NCBI GenBank assembly: GCA_024679065.1
Contig: JAGIQG010000040.1
Location: forward strand, 3,472,001 to 3,536,000
Direction: 5' to 3'
Length of the DNA stretch: 64,000 nt
DNA from: Sphyrna mokarran
Lineage: Eukaryota
How positions within the stretch are numbered: position 1 is the stretch's first letter; each line of letters starts with the position of its first letter. The notes under the pieces are model-generated. The model did not search any database. It saw only the letters and a program-made list of their open reading frames with translations, and was not told the DNA's origin. The position numbers were made by a program, and so were the translations under genes. Shown one piece after another: positions 11,940 to 24,763 of this stretch.

Positions 11940-12110
11940 AATGATAAAAGCAAAATACTAAGGATGCTGAAACAAAAACAGAAAATGTTGCAAAATCTCA
12001 CAGCATCTATGGGGAGAGAATAGAGCCTAAGTTTCAAATCATGACCTCTGAACTCTCCCCACAGATGCTGTCAAACCTATTGAGATTTTCCAGCATTTTC
12101 TGTTTCTGTC
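11940..12110. repeat. Inverted-repeat element, probably Penelope-derived
   Basis: aaacagaaaatgttgcaaaatctca..cagcatctatggggaga on the left versus ctccccacagatgctg..tgagattttccagcattttctgttt on the right; related copies at 2315-2410, 6505-6630, 42850-42920, 43210-43330. Confidence 0.55.
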
Positions 12111-12127
12111 CCTTTGATATGAGTCGG

Positions 12128-12202
12128 GTTACTATAATGAATGGGGTTATGACTCTCCGTTTATGTGTATGCAGGTGCCTGGTTCGAATCCGAGACGGGA
12201 AC
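12128..12202 (+). pseudogene. Highly decayed tRNA(Val-like) remnant
   Basis: B box ggttcgaatcc, ends gtt...gggaac, and ggttatgac D-arm remnant at tRNA spacing. Confidence 0.3.
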
Positions 12203-13284
12203 TTGATTGTTCATTATCAACCATCTTTGATCTGAAGTTCCCCAATTCAAATGTATTGTCGAATGTGAACGGAATATGGTATTGAACAAAATATTTAACC
12301 TTTACTCTTCAAAACTGTTTTGATAATACTGTCACCAAAATCCCCGGGGCTTTCTTCTTGCAGCAGGTATTTGGAGAGTGTGAGCTGAGTATTAGTGTTA
12401 TTTTCTCACTGTGGAGCTGAGGAAGAGAAAACAATAGATGGGCTTTTATGAATTGAATAATTTTATAGATGTCTAATTGGTTAGATGTAGATACTAGCTA
12501 TATGTCATAGTCTAAGCCCACCCATGGCACACATTCACGTCACTGGGAAGCAGCTCTTCTACAACAGATGCTGCCTCACTTTGAGCATTTTGCTATTTTT
12601 ATATGTTGACCAGTATTCTGACTGTCCCGAAGATGCTTGAAGTTTTGAATTTCTGATCTGCAGTAATGAAAATCCTTTTAATATATCTGATCAGTTATTT
12701 TAAATGATAACAACAGAGCCAATGTCCCAGCGTATTAAAAAAGGGGAAAGTGTCTTGACTGTGTCTGCTTAGTCAGAAAGTTCACCTTTCATTTTCCTCT
12801 GATTTCCATTTCCAAAGAGTTTCTCAGGATTCATAAAGCTAGAGACTGAGATTTCTGGTTTGGTTCCTTCTCCATTTTCTCCATCTGCTAACTGGCAATG
12901 TTTTCCAAAAGCTCCATTCAATCTCCTGCCTTGAGTCATGTCCAGAGATGAGGAAATTCAATTTCGTTGGGAGATTATAGTTTTGGAGATCGTTTTCCTT
13001 AAAGCAAAGAAGTTTAAATTAAGATTTCATGGAGTTGTTGAATAATTTTCTGTCTGGAGGCTTGTAGTTTGATGGAGCAGATAACGACAAATTCTTTCCA
13101 CTGACGAGAGGCAACAAGGAGAGAACTGGGGCAAGGTCATCAAAGGAATACGTATTTACATTGATACAGCACCTTTTCCCACCAGCCCAACAAGTTGCCA
13201 AATCCAGTTTAGGCTAATCATGTTCTTCTGCAGTGCAGCATTCTTTAAAATGCAGAGAACACAAAGAAAGCAATGTCCCAACAA

Positions 13285-13356
13285 AACTGGCACTTGGATT
13301 TGAACCAAGGACCTCTTGATCTGCAGTCAAATGCTCTACCACTGAGCTACACCCGC
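13285..13356 (-). tRNA. tRNA-Cys(GCA), weak acceptor stem (possible pseudogene)
   Basis: RC = GCGGGTGTAGCTCAGTGGTAGAGCATTTGACTGCAGATCAAGAGGTCCTTGGTTCAAATCCAAGTGCCAGTT; D, anticodon and T arms intact; acceptor has a G:A mismatch and three G:U pairs. Confidence 0.88.
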
Positions 13357-13904
13357 TTACACAGAAAATGAGACTATTTTGTTTCCCAGCATCATACCCA
13401 CTGTCATATAGTCACTCCGGTATTCCATTCGATCGCAAGATAATTGGCCACCATCTATATTTTCTCTGACTGTGTACATCTGAACAAACAATTACGTTTC
13501 TAAACTCTTCCTGTTAAAAGATCACTGTTCCGAAGAATTCACTCTATTTCTCTCTACATATAAGCTTTTTGAACGGAGTTTTTCAAAGTTTTCCGTTTTG
13601 AGGTGGAATTTGAGAAGAACACATTATCTCTTGTTTTATGATCTGTCCTATCATAAAGCCGCAGTTGGGGCCCAGAAGAGACTTATTACTTTTATCATTT
13701 CTTACCCCAACTCAAACTGCCTCCACATCATGTTTTTCCAATCTTATACCATTCCACTCTAATGTCATCATTAATTCAGAGACACATAATATAGAGAAAG
13801 AAAATATTGTAGAAGTCGGGAGACATTTGGAGTACAATAGACATTGGGGGAAGTCCATTGTTGGTTTTGATTTAATGATCATAGTCACTACGTTGTGCGA
13901 GCTG

Positions 13905-14480
13905 AAATAAAAACCGAAAATGCTGGTCAAACTCAGCAGGTCTGAAAGTTTCTGTAGAGATAGACAGAATTAATCTTTAAAATATAAATGATCTGTTTAC
14001 AGAACTGAAGAAAGGTTAAAAATAACTACATAATAAGAGATGGAGTAGAGTAAAAGAATATGGATAGGTCAGCACCAAAGAAATATGGACAAATCTATCC
14101 TGAACATAAAAGAAAGAGGGTTGTTAATGATTCTATGGAGGGATAAAGAATGTTAATGGCGGCAAAAGGTGAGCTAATGGAATGATGGAACTGACCAAAC
14201 AGTGACAGATGTTCAAATAGGTGGATGGTTTCTCTTGTGTTGGGGCAGGACAGGAGATAGGAAGAAAACAACTAACAGCAATCTACAAATGCTGGTGGTG
14301 GTGGTGGGGTGGTATTAAAATTAATAGGGATGGGAGGAGGTTAATATCCATAGTGTTTGAAATCAACGTTGAATCCAGTAGCCTGCAATGTTCTGAAAGG
14401 GAATATGAAGTTCTGTCGTTCATAGCAACTAGGCATCTGTAAAGCAAAGCAGTGGGTCTATGAAAGGCATGTGGGCATGA
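13905..14480 (-). mobile_element. Decayed Penelope-like fragment
   Basis: Starts with the aaaaccgaaaatgctgg..aactcagcaggtctg motif, then a purine-rich body similar to 57555-58450. Confidence 0.4.
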
Positions 14481-15500
14481 GGTGAATTATCTGACATGTT
14501 CTCCTGTTAATATTACTCAAGGCCCTAGCTCATTTGTTCTTGACAAGCTACATGATGATTAATTCTCTCGATTGCATTTACACTACACTCTGCCCTGTCT
14601 CCGATATCAATGTCCAAGGACAATATTATATATATATATAAAATATGATAGAATACGTAATATATATTCCATCATATTCCATAACACCTCGGTACTGCTC
14701 GCATTTTATGAGAGTTTGTCTCAGTTATTATTGTACCAAAATATGTATATTTCTATTTTGTTCCCACAGTGTCTCAATGTTCACAGCACGTTGTGCTATA
14801 AGTTCTAAACCAAGTCTCGGCAACTATTTGCCCCAACAACATATCAAAATATACACAACAGGGCATGTGTCAATAGTTCCTTCACTAGAAATTCTAAATT
14901 CATTCTTGATCTTTTGAAAGCACTTTCAATATATGTGGTTTATCAGAACAACCGAAGTGTTGTGGTGTTTCCACTGAGCATAGAATTTGCTTGTGATAGG
15001 TTCCACTTCATGTTAGCGAATAGTTATTTCAAATTGTTCCATTGTAAATCTGATCAAATCTTTGTATAACAATTGAGTACTAAATACCAGAAAGATAACA
15101 AAAAAAACCAAGTCAACTCATCAATTATAACCACATTATGGTAGGATAGGAAGAGATGGTTTTTTTTTATTGAGATGTGACCTCAGCTCAGTACACAAAA
15201 TAGGCACTTTGATTGTTGCAGCTGCCAGGACCAAGACTTGGTAGAGACTTGTGGGCCGAGTAGGTACCGCAAATTTGCAGAGAACAATTCACCCATGTTG
15301 GCAATGTATTCAACTCCTTTACTAATGTAACAAATGAAAGGCATGAAATCATCTTTTAACCTGTTTGTTCTCCGAACTGTTAATAAAGTAGATGTTGTAA
15401 TTTAACTGTCTCTCTGGAGATTCTCACCTAGTATAAAGAAGAGAGTCTTTTGCTTTTGCTCTTGTGCAACTTGCAGAATTCAATTAGTTTCTGAAAGGTG

Positions 15501-15570
15501 ATGCATGGGCCAGCGAATGGACCATTTTATGCTATTTATTATCCGATACTCGCTGCTATTGGTGTCCCAG
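15501..15570 (+). CDS. GPR139/GPR142-like orphan GPCR #1, coding exon 1 (MHGPANGPFYAIYYPILAAIGVP)
   Basis: ATG at 15501; start of TM1 (YYPILAAIGVP); phase-1 donor cag|gtaaga joins in frame to exon 2 giving GVPANL. Confidence 0.9.
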
Positions 15571-16489
15571 GTAAGACATGAATCCCAGCTAAATTATTCG
15601 TTTACCTTGTGATGATAAACCTCTCATTATATTTTAGTGTATAAGAGTGCATTATTTCCATTTGCATTATGCAGTATGACAATTAACATTTCAGTATATT
15701 GCATTTCACACCTGTAGAACAAACGCTTATGAGAATGCAGGAATATAAATTGTAATTGTAACAATGCACACACGCTATGTGATTCAACAGTTCTACTGAA
15801 CCAGAGAAATATATACCAAAAAAGAGTGCTTAATGTTTGATGAAAGAAATATGTTATCTCAATAAATCTCAGATCAGGTAAGAGAGAAAAAAAAACCTGA
15901 TGCTTTGAAAATGAGAATTCCAAGGAATAGAGCCCCGGCAGCGAAAGTGATAACTGCAATGATTGTTTGTGAATATCTGGAATTGATAAGAGGGCAAATT
16001 TAGATGTACATTACCAACTCAGGTAGTTGTAGGGCTACAGCATATTACAAGGATAGGGAATGGAGAGGCTGACGAGACTAACGAGGTAATGGATCATTAT
16101 GAAGGGAGTACTGAAATTGAGGTGTAACTAGACAATGGTTCATAATAGCTCAGCAAGCACAGTGCTACCGGTTGAACGGGGTGGGGGCATGAGTAAGAAA
16201 AAAATGTTTTCTTACATTGGAAACAAGTGTTTTGGATCAGTTGCAGTTCACTGAGAATGCAGGGAGTCTATTCCGATGGTCATGGGTCTAGATATCAGAA
16301 AAGATTTCAGTCGCTGTTACCCTAAGGGACAGTTTGATGGCATGCAACATCATTGGCTAGACTAGAAAGTAAACATATGCAGCATCGTTTCTTACTTTGT
16401 TTTAAGTTGAAGTTTAGTTACATGTAGACTTGCGTTTAACACTGAAACGAAATTGCTGTAAGAATCACCTAACCGCCACAGCCTGGCAT

Positions 16490-16670
16490 CTGTCCCGATA
16501 CATAGTGGATGAATTTGACAAGGTCAATACACTGAACCAGCATATATTTCGGAATGTGGGAGGAAACCAGAGCACGTGGAGGAACGCCCAGGCTCGACAT
16601 AGACTGGAATGGATCCCAGGTCCCTGACGCTGTGAGATCGCAGTGTTAACCTTTGTACCACCATGCCGCT
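16490..16670 (-). mobile_element. HE1-type SINE remnant in GPCR intron
   Basis: ggaatgtgggaggaaaccagagcac...cccaggtccctgacgctgtgag..gcagtgttaacc..tgtaccaccatgccgc. Confidence 0.6.
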
Positions 16671-17010
16671 TATAGTCAACATGGGATTGTGGGCATCTGC
16701 ATGTTCAGTCCACTATCAAAACAGAACATCAATATTTTAATGAGTCACAAACCTCGTAATTCGCCACCGGAATCAAATCAGCCGTCAGAGAGCGGGGTTT
16801 GTGATTATGAGTGATTGTTATCTTCTATGAAATGACAGATATTTAATCCAGCAGTGGTTATAGAATAAATCGCAATGACTTTGCAATAACTGAAATCCGG
16901 AGGTGACAAATGAATGGATCAAAAAAGTTTCAGTAACTGATTGGGTCAGTGAGTAGCTGTTTTTTGCAGTCCGCTCTGTAACGTCTCTCTCCTTTTTTTC
17001 TTTCTTCCAG

Positions 17011-17909
17011 CCAACTTGATGGCGATCATCATCCTGTCCCGCGGACGGTGCGGACTCTCGCGGTGCATCACCTACTACCTAATGGCGATAGCAGTGACCG
17101 ATTTCCTTGTCATGGTTACCGCTGTTATCCTCAACCGGATAGGTGGCATTTACTTCAGGTACAGTGTCCTATCTACCACCCCCGGATGTGCTGTCAGCAC
17201 CGTGCTGGTGTATGCAACACGGGATGGTTCAGTCTGGTTAACAGTGGCTTTCACCTTAGACCGGTATGTGGCCATCTGTTGTCAAAGACTAAAGGCCAGA
17301 TATTGCACAGAGAAAACAGCATTGATGGTTATAGGACTTATCTGTACTCTAAGCTACGTCAAGAACACCCCTTTCTACTTCACTTATCAGCCCTTGTACA
17401 TCCTGGATGGGGTACCCTGGTTCTGTGATATTATGTCCAGCTATTACTCTTTGCCTATCTGGCAGGCATATGACTGGCTGGACCATATATTAACGCCCTT
17501 TCTACCATTCCTCCTCATTCTGATTCTCAACGCTCTAACAGTGAAGCACATTTTAGTGGCCAGCAAAGCTCGCAGAAGGCTCCGGAGCACCGAGAATCAT
17601 GGAGATCCAGAGATGGCAAACCGCAAGAGATCCATTATCTTGCTGTTCACCATCTCGCTCAGTTTCCTTCTCCTGTGGGCCACCTACGTCGGGCATTTCC
17701 TCTACGTGCGGATTACGGGTGAGGCCTACTTCACCGGTCTGGATTTCAATGACCCACACTTCATCCTTCAAGAAACTACAAACATGCTCCAGTTACTCAG
17801 TTCTTGCAACAACACCTTTATCTATGCAGTAGCCCAAACCAAGTTCCGAAATGAACTGAAGAAGGTTCTGTTTCTTCCCTTCTCCATTTTCACCAGTTAT
17901 TTAGGTTGA
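17011..17909 (+). CDS. GPR139/GPR142-like orphan GPCR #1, coding exon 2 (full protein ~322 aa)
   Basis: Strong acceptor cctttttttctttcttccag; 7TM pattern: YLMAIAVTD, SVWLTVAFTLDRYVAICC, TPFLPF, RKRSIILLFTIS, LQLLSSCNNTFIY; AATAAA near 18028. Confidence 0.92.
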
Positions 17910-20110
17910 ACATTACTTTATGATCCAGTTAATAACTAGTATTGCTTTGTTTACAGAAATTAAGTTTGAAACCCTACTACTTACTGAGAGCATATTGTCG
18001 CAAAATTACCCGTTCTTACAAAAAGAAAATAAATGTTGCCATGTAAATTCAGAAACACAAAGTTATTAACATCACCAATCTCACAATGAGGAGAAACAAA
18101 ATAAAAGTTATCTGCAAAACAATATTGCACATTAAATGTCAGATGGGAACAAGGCAGATCCCATGGGTTTTCCGTGATTTTAGATGGATGATATCAGAGA
18201 GAACAGTACAGGGAGAGAGGGTCCCTGGGGTGATGCTCAGTGAATTCTGGGCATTCGTATCAGAAGGAATGGGTGTGATCAGGGAGAAATGCGGACCAGA
18301 AACAGAAGGCAGTGGGAGATGCTTAATCAGGCTTTCAGTGTTTTTTCCGGTGAGTGGAGTTTTTCTCTATCTCATGGAAAAGTAAGAGAAAAAATCTATC
18401 TTTGTGAATTTTAACCAAATGTGAAGCTGAAATCTCTTTATCAGTAAGGCCCCAACCTGGAGGATAAGTAGTTACTTGTGTCAAATGGGCCTCAGTTTTT
18501 GAAATTTCTGAGTCTTTTTTTCTCTCTCGTCAATCTCATAGATTTCAATCTCGTCATAATTTGAACATTTGTAATCGATGATGTGCTTATGTGAAATACG
18601 ACTGAAGGGGGAAATTATTAACCAATTTACAACGTTTTTTGACAGAATGGATAAGATACTACAAACAAAGAGTTAAATGATTCTTGAAACAATTGTAATA
18701 GGGCAATAAAATAGTTACTTTATACATATGTGGATGAATAAGAGAATTAAATAAATAATAATCATTATAAAACATATATGTTCTTACTTTAAATGTATTT
18801 TATGCATTGAATGAATTGTTGTTCAATTCAACCAAAAGCAAATCACCGTAAAGTATGATGGTAAAATCGAAGAGTTGAGAGCCTATGGCCTGGGAATTTT
18901 ACTAGTTAGCAGAATTAATGTCTGAAACTTTCTGGCGAGGGAACACATTTTGCAACTTTATGAAAGGGGGCATTCAATGCTTAGACATAGAATAGATTGT
19001 GCCAGAATGCAGGATCACATGTCTACCTAATTTGGGAATGAGCCGTTGGGAATGTTCACTTTGACCTCTAAATGAGCTTCCTTAGTTAGACAGCAACAGG
19101 GAAGTGAGCTCAGCCAAGAAGGGAGTCAGCATCCAAATTAAATGGATGAATGAGATATCATTATGCAGGGATGTAAAATGTGATTCCTGAGAAACTTGTC
19201 ATGAATTATTATTGATGCATGTTTGCTGAATGTAATTGAGTTTAAAATAATATGTCGTGGGAATGATCGGTAAGGAAATTTACAATCTATTTGGTTTTGA
19301 TTATACACGTTTGATTCATTGGGAAGGTTCTGCCACTCTATTCCAAAGCTATTTCACCCTTTTGGTGATCTCTGAGCAGCTGCTTGTTTTGTTTTCATTT
19401 TCAACAAATGTTACGTCCTTCTACAGAGATATCTGCCTCAAGAGTTTTATATTGTCTGTAATTAAAGATAGCATTGTTCGTCTCAAATTATCCTACAACA
19501 CTGAGCAATACTTTGGAATTAGTAATAATTTTGAAATTTGAAATCAATGATTTACTCATATACATACAACACAATCTCCTGGTTTCGTCTCATGGTTTGC
19601 ACCTCTGTTCTGTACGTGTTTTCTACCTAGCTTGTGGTATGACTGCCTAGGAAGTATTTAATCGGAGGATATATAGAGGGATTCACTCTGTTAACTCATG
19701 CTGCAGGGACACTGATAGTAGTTTAAGGGGCAGTGTAAAGGAAACTATCTTCTGCTGCACACTGTCCTGCATCGGCATCTGATGAAGCAGCCTTTTGCTG
19801 TTCAGAATTACCTGAAAGCAGTCAGTGACAGACCAGTTTATGAGTGAAATCACAGAGATTCTCCTCATTCTTCATTCATTTTGTTTCTGGATTTTATCAT
19901 AGAAAGGCAGAGATGAAGGTGTCTTTATACGAATTGTTAATGGATGGCACAGTGGCTCCTTCACTAAAGCGCCTTGAGTTCAACCATATCCCACACGTGA
20001 CTGGGGAAACATGCCTGTTTGGGAAAAGGTGAAACCGTGTAATAGGGAAATGGAGCGGAGTTGATGGGTTTAGGAGAACGGAATTAAGCCAAGCCAGAGA
20101 TGGTTAAATT

Positions 20111-20116
20111 TTTATT
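20111..20116 (-). promoter_or_regulatory. Candidate poly(A) signal of membrane IgM mRNA
   Basis: AATAAA on minus strand ~460 nt after the TM2 stop; other AATAAA candidates lie closer (~20334). Confidence 0.4.
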
Positions 20117-20576
20117 CAAAATTTATTTCAAAATTCAGGGAATATTTTCATTGAAAAATTATATTTTAAAATTAGAAAAGTGAACATAGCGATCGAGCTT
20201 CACATTGAAAACAGAACACGTATGCAGGGAATCCGTCAATATTTGTACATCTGTTACATACACCAGAAAGAGAAAACACGACCTTAAAGAAAGAGGAATT
20301 AACAAATGTGAATAAAGAATGAGGAACGTTTCTTATTTATACATGATATTTAAACGACGGGGAAACTATTGACCACAATTACATTATAACAAAAAGATCT
20401 CGTACTTTTCACATTGAAAACTGAAATAACGTCTATGATTGCTTCAGTTTTACATTCAAAACGATAAGCTGAGAGAACTTTCCTGATAGAGTCACCAAGG
20501 GCAGATATTGTATTTGTGTTGTACAAAGATCTTGATAATCAGCTGAGGAGAATCTGAGCTTCCAAAATTCAACCCA

Positions 20577-20585
20577 TCATTTGAT
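20577..20585 (-). CDS. IGHM: IgM heavy chain TM2 exon (IK*)
   Basis: Acceptor gtctttcttttgcag|ATC AAA TGA gives cytoplasmic tail K-I-K, a variant of canonical KVK. Confidence 0.9.
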   Translation of the reverse strand: MK

Positions 20586-20727
20586 CTGCAAAAGAAAGAC
20601 GCAATGATGAGGCAGATGTTTATGATGCGGGACATTAATGTTGGAGTTTTTAATCAGTGAAACATTGAGAGATTTTTTTCAAATCCATTCTGCCAGTTTG
20701 AAATGTGAGTGAATTGAATCATCTCAC

Positions 20728-20855
20728 CTTCACCAGAGTGACTGCAGTGCTGTAGAAAATGCTCAGGAAGAACAGGACGATGAATGTAGAAGTGGTTCTC
20801 CACATGTTGCTGTTATCATCCTCATTGTCGTCAATCCAGGTGCGGTCGACGGAGT
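20728..20855 (-). CDS. IGHM: IgM heavy chain TM1 exon
   Basis: ccccag|(D)[42 protein letters not shown]|gtgaga; acidic spacer plus antigen-receptor TM motif. Confidence 0.95.
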
Positions 20856-21449
20856 CTGGGGCGTGGAGACCAAGAATTTAAATTAGATTATTTGTCCAGG
20901 TAATCTTATTGTTATTTTCCTTTTCCCTGTTCTCCTTAATAAACTGTTTATTCATTCTCTTGTATAATTTTCAGTATGTATTTATTGTTACGTTCAGGAT
21001 ACTCAGTAACCGATCTCTACAACTATTTTCGCGCCTGATCTTTATTGACATTGCTTGAACAATCCATGTCAGAAAGCACTGAAAAGTTTTTCCTGAGTGT
21101 CAGTTCATTTTCAAACTATTTGCCACTAAACCTTACAGATGAAAGTTATGACTGATATCGAGGAAAGTTCATTGATCAATGATTGTTTTCATAGATGGTT
21201 ACTGATTCTGTAAACTGTGAATGCTGCTGTTTAAGAGTTGGAATGTAATTTCCGATCTTTGCTTATTTACGGTAGACATATTAATAAATCATAAGCTTAA
21301 TTTAGTTCTCAATGTAGTTGTCGGCGCATTATGCATTGGAATAGTTGTCGCTAGATATGTCCATTAAAATTTACATTTAAATTTTACTTTCATCATTTGC
21401 CTGCCGTTTGTATTTAAGATTTTGTGTATGTGCATGAACATCTCATGCA

Positions 21450-22290
21450 TTAATCTTTGGCCCTGAGTTAATATGTGTGTATGAGGGCTAATTTACGTGT
21501 TCATTTGTTTGTTGATTTGTGTCTGCGTCTGTATGTATATTTTATTCTTTTGGCTTTGTGAATATATGATTATTATTGTGTGAAGTCTATGCATGTTTAT
21601 TAATGCCATTCAACGGGTGCACGCGTTCCTGCCTATTTCAATGTGTTAATTTCTGTCACTCGAATAATGTTTCCTTCCTTTTCTGTGTGTGTGTCTATTC
21701 CTCCATGTGTTCGTGTGCGTATCTGTTAACATGCTAGTGCAGGTATATTCGTGTTGATAGTTATTTATAATGATGTATTAATGTATGCTTGTGTTTTCAT
21801 GTGTAATAATGTGTTCTGATCTGTACGAGCATGATAATGTTTGCGTTGACGTGTGGTGAAAATATTTTGCTCTCGCTTCATCTCTATGCTGTGTCTTAAT
21901 GCTATATGTATTTCTCTGTAGAAGTGATAATGCGTATAACATTGTGTGTTTCTATATCTATGTTCATTTCACCGTGAACGTATGATAATATGCATTTGTT
22001 TGAATGTGCGTATGTGTTTGCGTATGTTTTGAATCTGCATGCGTGTTATCTGTCGTAATGTGTGTATGCATGGATGTGTTTGTGTTTGGGTCTGTGTATC
22101 TAGTCACGCATGTTTAGGTGTGAGCGTACTTGTGTGTTTGTATGTGTTTTTGCGTGCGTTTGTATATATTTGATAATTTGTGTACATGTTTTTGGTTTTG
22201 TGCCTGCTTGCACAAATGCATGTCTATGTGTGCGGGTGTAGGTGTCTGCCCGCGTTGCATGTATATGTGCGTGTTTGTGTGTGTGTGTTG

Positions 22291-22325
<35 letters not shown>

Positions 22326-22790
22326 TGTATGCTTGCTGCTTGTGGGACACAGGGAGAGAGAATATTTGTGTACGCGTGCATTATTGCTTATATATATATT
22401 GTCCATTAGTGTATTTGTGGGACCCATGCTAGTTTGTGTTCGTTTGTGCATATATTGTGTGTACTTGTGGTCCGTGAATGTGTATTCGTATGTATGAATG
22501 TATCTATGCTTTTTGTGTGTAGATTTGTGTGTGTTATGTTTCTGTGTCTGTATTTGAATGTACCTGCCCAATTTTGTGTGCGTGGAGGCATGTGAATGCG
22601 TTTGTTTATGTATTTATATGTGTCTTTCTGTATTAGTGTGCGTATTTATGAGTATGTGTATTTGTGTGTTTTTGTGCAATTGTGTCGATGAGTCTGCGCG
22701 CCTGTGTGTATGTGTGTGTATGTGTGTGTGTGTGTGACGCCTAAGTGTGTGTTTATAATCGTGACAGTTTTATTCTGTATTACCAGTGTG
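21450..22790. repeat. Degenerate (TG)n/(CA)n tract in the Cmu4-TM1 intron
   Basis: TG-rich throughout with pure (TG)n at ~22290-22320 and ~22705-22735. Confidence 0.9.
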
Positions 22791-23821
22791 TGTATTTTTT
22801 AACTGTTGCTCCAAGTTTCACATATTCATTAACTGAATATGATTCAATTAATCCAAATAATGGAACATGTTTTCAGAGTTTGCTGTATAAATTTATTTAA
22901 TGTGAGGAGCACTTTGATACCAGCAGAGCGAATGAAAGAATTCATTGATGCATTTCAGAAACATCAGGGACAGAAAAGTGAAAACCGGGGAGGATGCTTT
23001 TATTTGTTTAAATTTATGTTATGGGAAATCAATGCCAGCACATGGATTAACAGGGAACAAGAGTGTTGCAACATTTTAAAATTATGTTGCGTAAGTACAT
23101 ATGTATAACAATGATTAAGATAATGATACTTCAAAACGTGAACCAAGTAAACCAGAAATTGATTTGTTGGCAACTGATCCTTATAGTAGAGAGCCATTCC
23201 CTTCCAAGTAACTTACTTGGGGAGAGGGAGGAGAATAAACTCATAATTTCCCTCTCGCCAACCGGTGAAGCAAAATTCCTGATGGTTCTAACCACTAAGG
23301 AGGTGGATGTACAGTGGATTAAATAATGACATTCCTCCTCTTTTCATTGAGGAAGTGTTAGTACATGAGTTAGATACTGTTCCTCTCCTCTCTTTGTTGA
23401 GTGGATAGAAACCCGGTATGTTAACAATCTCACTCTCTCTCTCCCTGAAGGATGGATTAGTGCTTCATGTTTCTGTGTGACCCTCACTTCAGTTCCCAGT
23501 GTGGCGCACCAGCTTAAAACTGACATCAATGGTAAAGGCATGGACAATGAGAGAAGCAGGAACACCAAGATCTAAATGTTGTGTTTGTCAGAAAAGTTGA
23601 AGTTGTCGGATTTTTCCTGAGCGGGAGGAAAGTCGGTGAAGATATTTTGCAGAATCCTGTAATGAATGTACTCTATTGTATCTGTAACACAGGGTGTGTG
23701 TGAGCTGGGTGCACTAATTCAACAAGACTTGGGTCCGAGACTAGAAAATATCTGACTCAAACCCAAGATATATAATAGAATTAAAACTGAAAAGAAACCA
23801 ATTAAGCAATTAGGTATTTCA

Positions 23822-23827
23822 TTTATT
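23822..23827 (-). promoter_or_regulatory. Poly(A) signal of secreted IgM mRNA
   Basis: AATAAA on minus strand ~60 nt after the secretory stop. Confidence 0.7.
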
Positions 23828-23885
23828 ATTAGAGGAAAAAGATTTTACTCTTTCTATTGAAGTTTCTAATGTAACCGAGTGATTC

Positions 23886-24277
23886 TCATTGACATGAATT
23901 AACAGTGTCCATCAATGCAAGAGAAATGTTCACAAAACTGGGTTTACCGCTGGATTTATCAACTGTTCTGTTGATGATCTTCAAGGGAATGGCTTCATGT
24001 CCCACCACACAGGAGTAAGAAGCGCCACTGGTCCACTCCTCTGCTGCAATGGATAACAGGCTGTACATGAAGAAGGAGCTATTGCCGTTCTCCGCCATCA
24101 CCTCGGTGTTCCTGTAGTTCCTGGGATTCACCGGCTTGTCATTGACAGTCCACTTGACAAAGATCTCTCGGGGGGAGAAACCTCTCACTAAGCAGCTGAG
24201 GGAGACGAATCTCTGAGCGGAGACTTCTTCTGCCGAGGGCAGGAGGACGGAGACGTACGGTTCCCGCGGATTGGGAT
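23886..24277 (-). CDS. IGHM: IgM Cmu4 exon plus secretory tailpiece (internal membrane donor after 23948)
   Basis: tttctgcag|(D)[42 protein letters not shown]...[24 protein letters not shown]|[21 protein letters not shown]; matches shark mu chain with NIS sequon and penultimate Cys. Confidence 0.97.
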
Positions 24278-24763
24278 CTGCAGAAAATGCACAATAAATG
24301 TTAATAAACTGGAGAATACTGGAGACAATAAGACTGTTGATTAGATATCAGAAAAACGTGCTTCACTTTCGATTTTACATGTTTCCATTTTAGACTTCCA
24401 ACTTGGAAGAGAAGTGAACACAATCATTTTCTCAAATAACTCAGGAGGTTGGACTAGAAAGTTTCAGAACATACACAGCACAGAATCAGCCTATTCGACC
24501 CAACTACTCTATTTTCTCCTAGTTTTTATGCTCCGCACCAGGCTCTTCCCTCTTTATTCCATCTAAACCCAATAATATCTCCTTCAGTTCATTCATCAAC
24601 ACATCAAATTTCACCCGTAAAAATATCTACAGGCTCTCAGTGTTTAGTTAGCAGATTTTTCACACAGAAGAGACCATTAAGGCAATGAACACTAAATATT
24701 GATCATTACACTTACACTGGAAATACACAGTCGCACATTGATTGCTTCAAACTCTCAGCTCAC

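Noticed and set aside
22100-22591. THTH/CVCV-rich ORFs (also 30836-32010, 33157-34704, 58919-60054)
   Set aside because: Translations of microsatellite and low-complexity DNA
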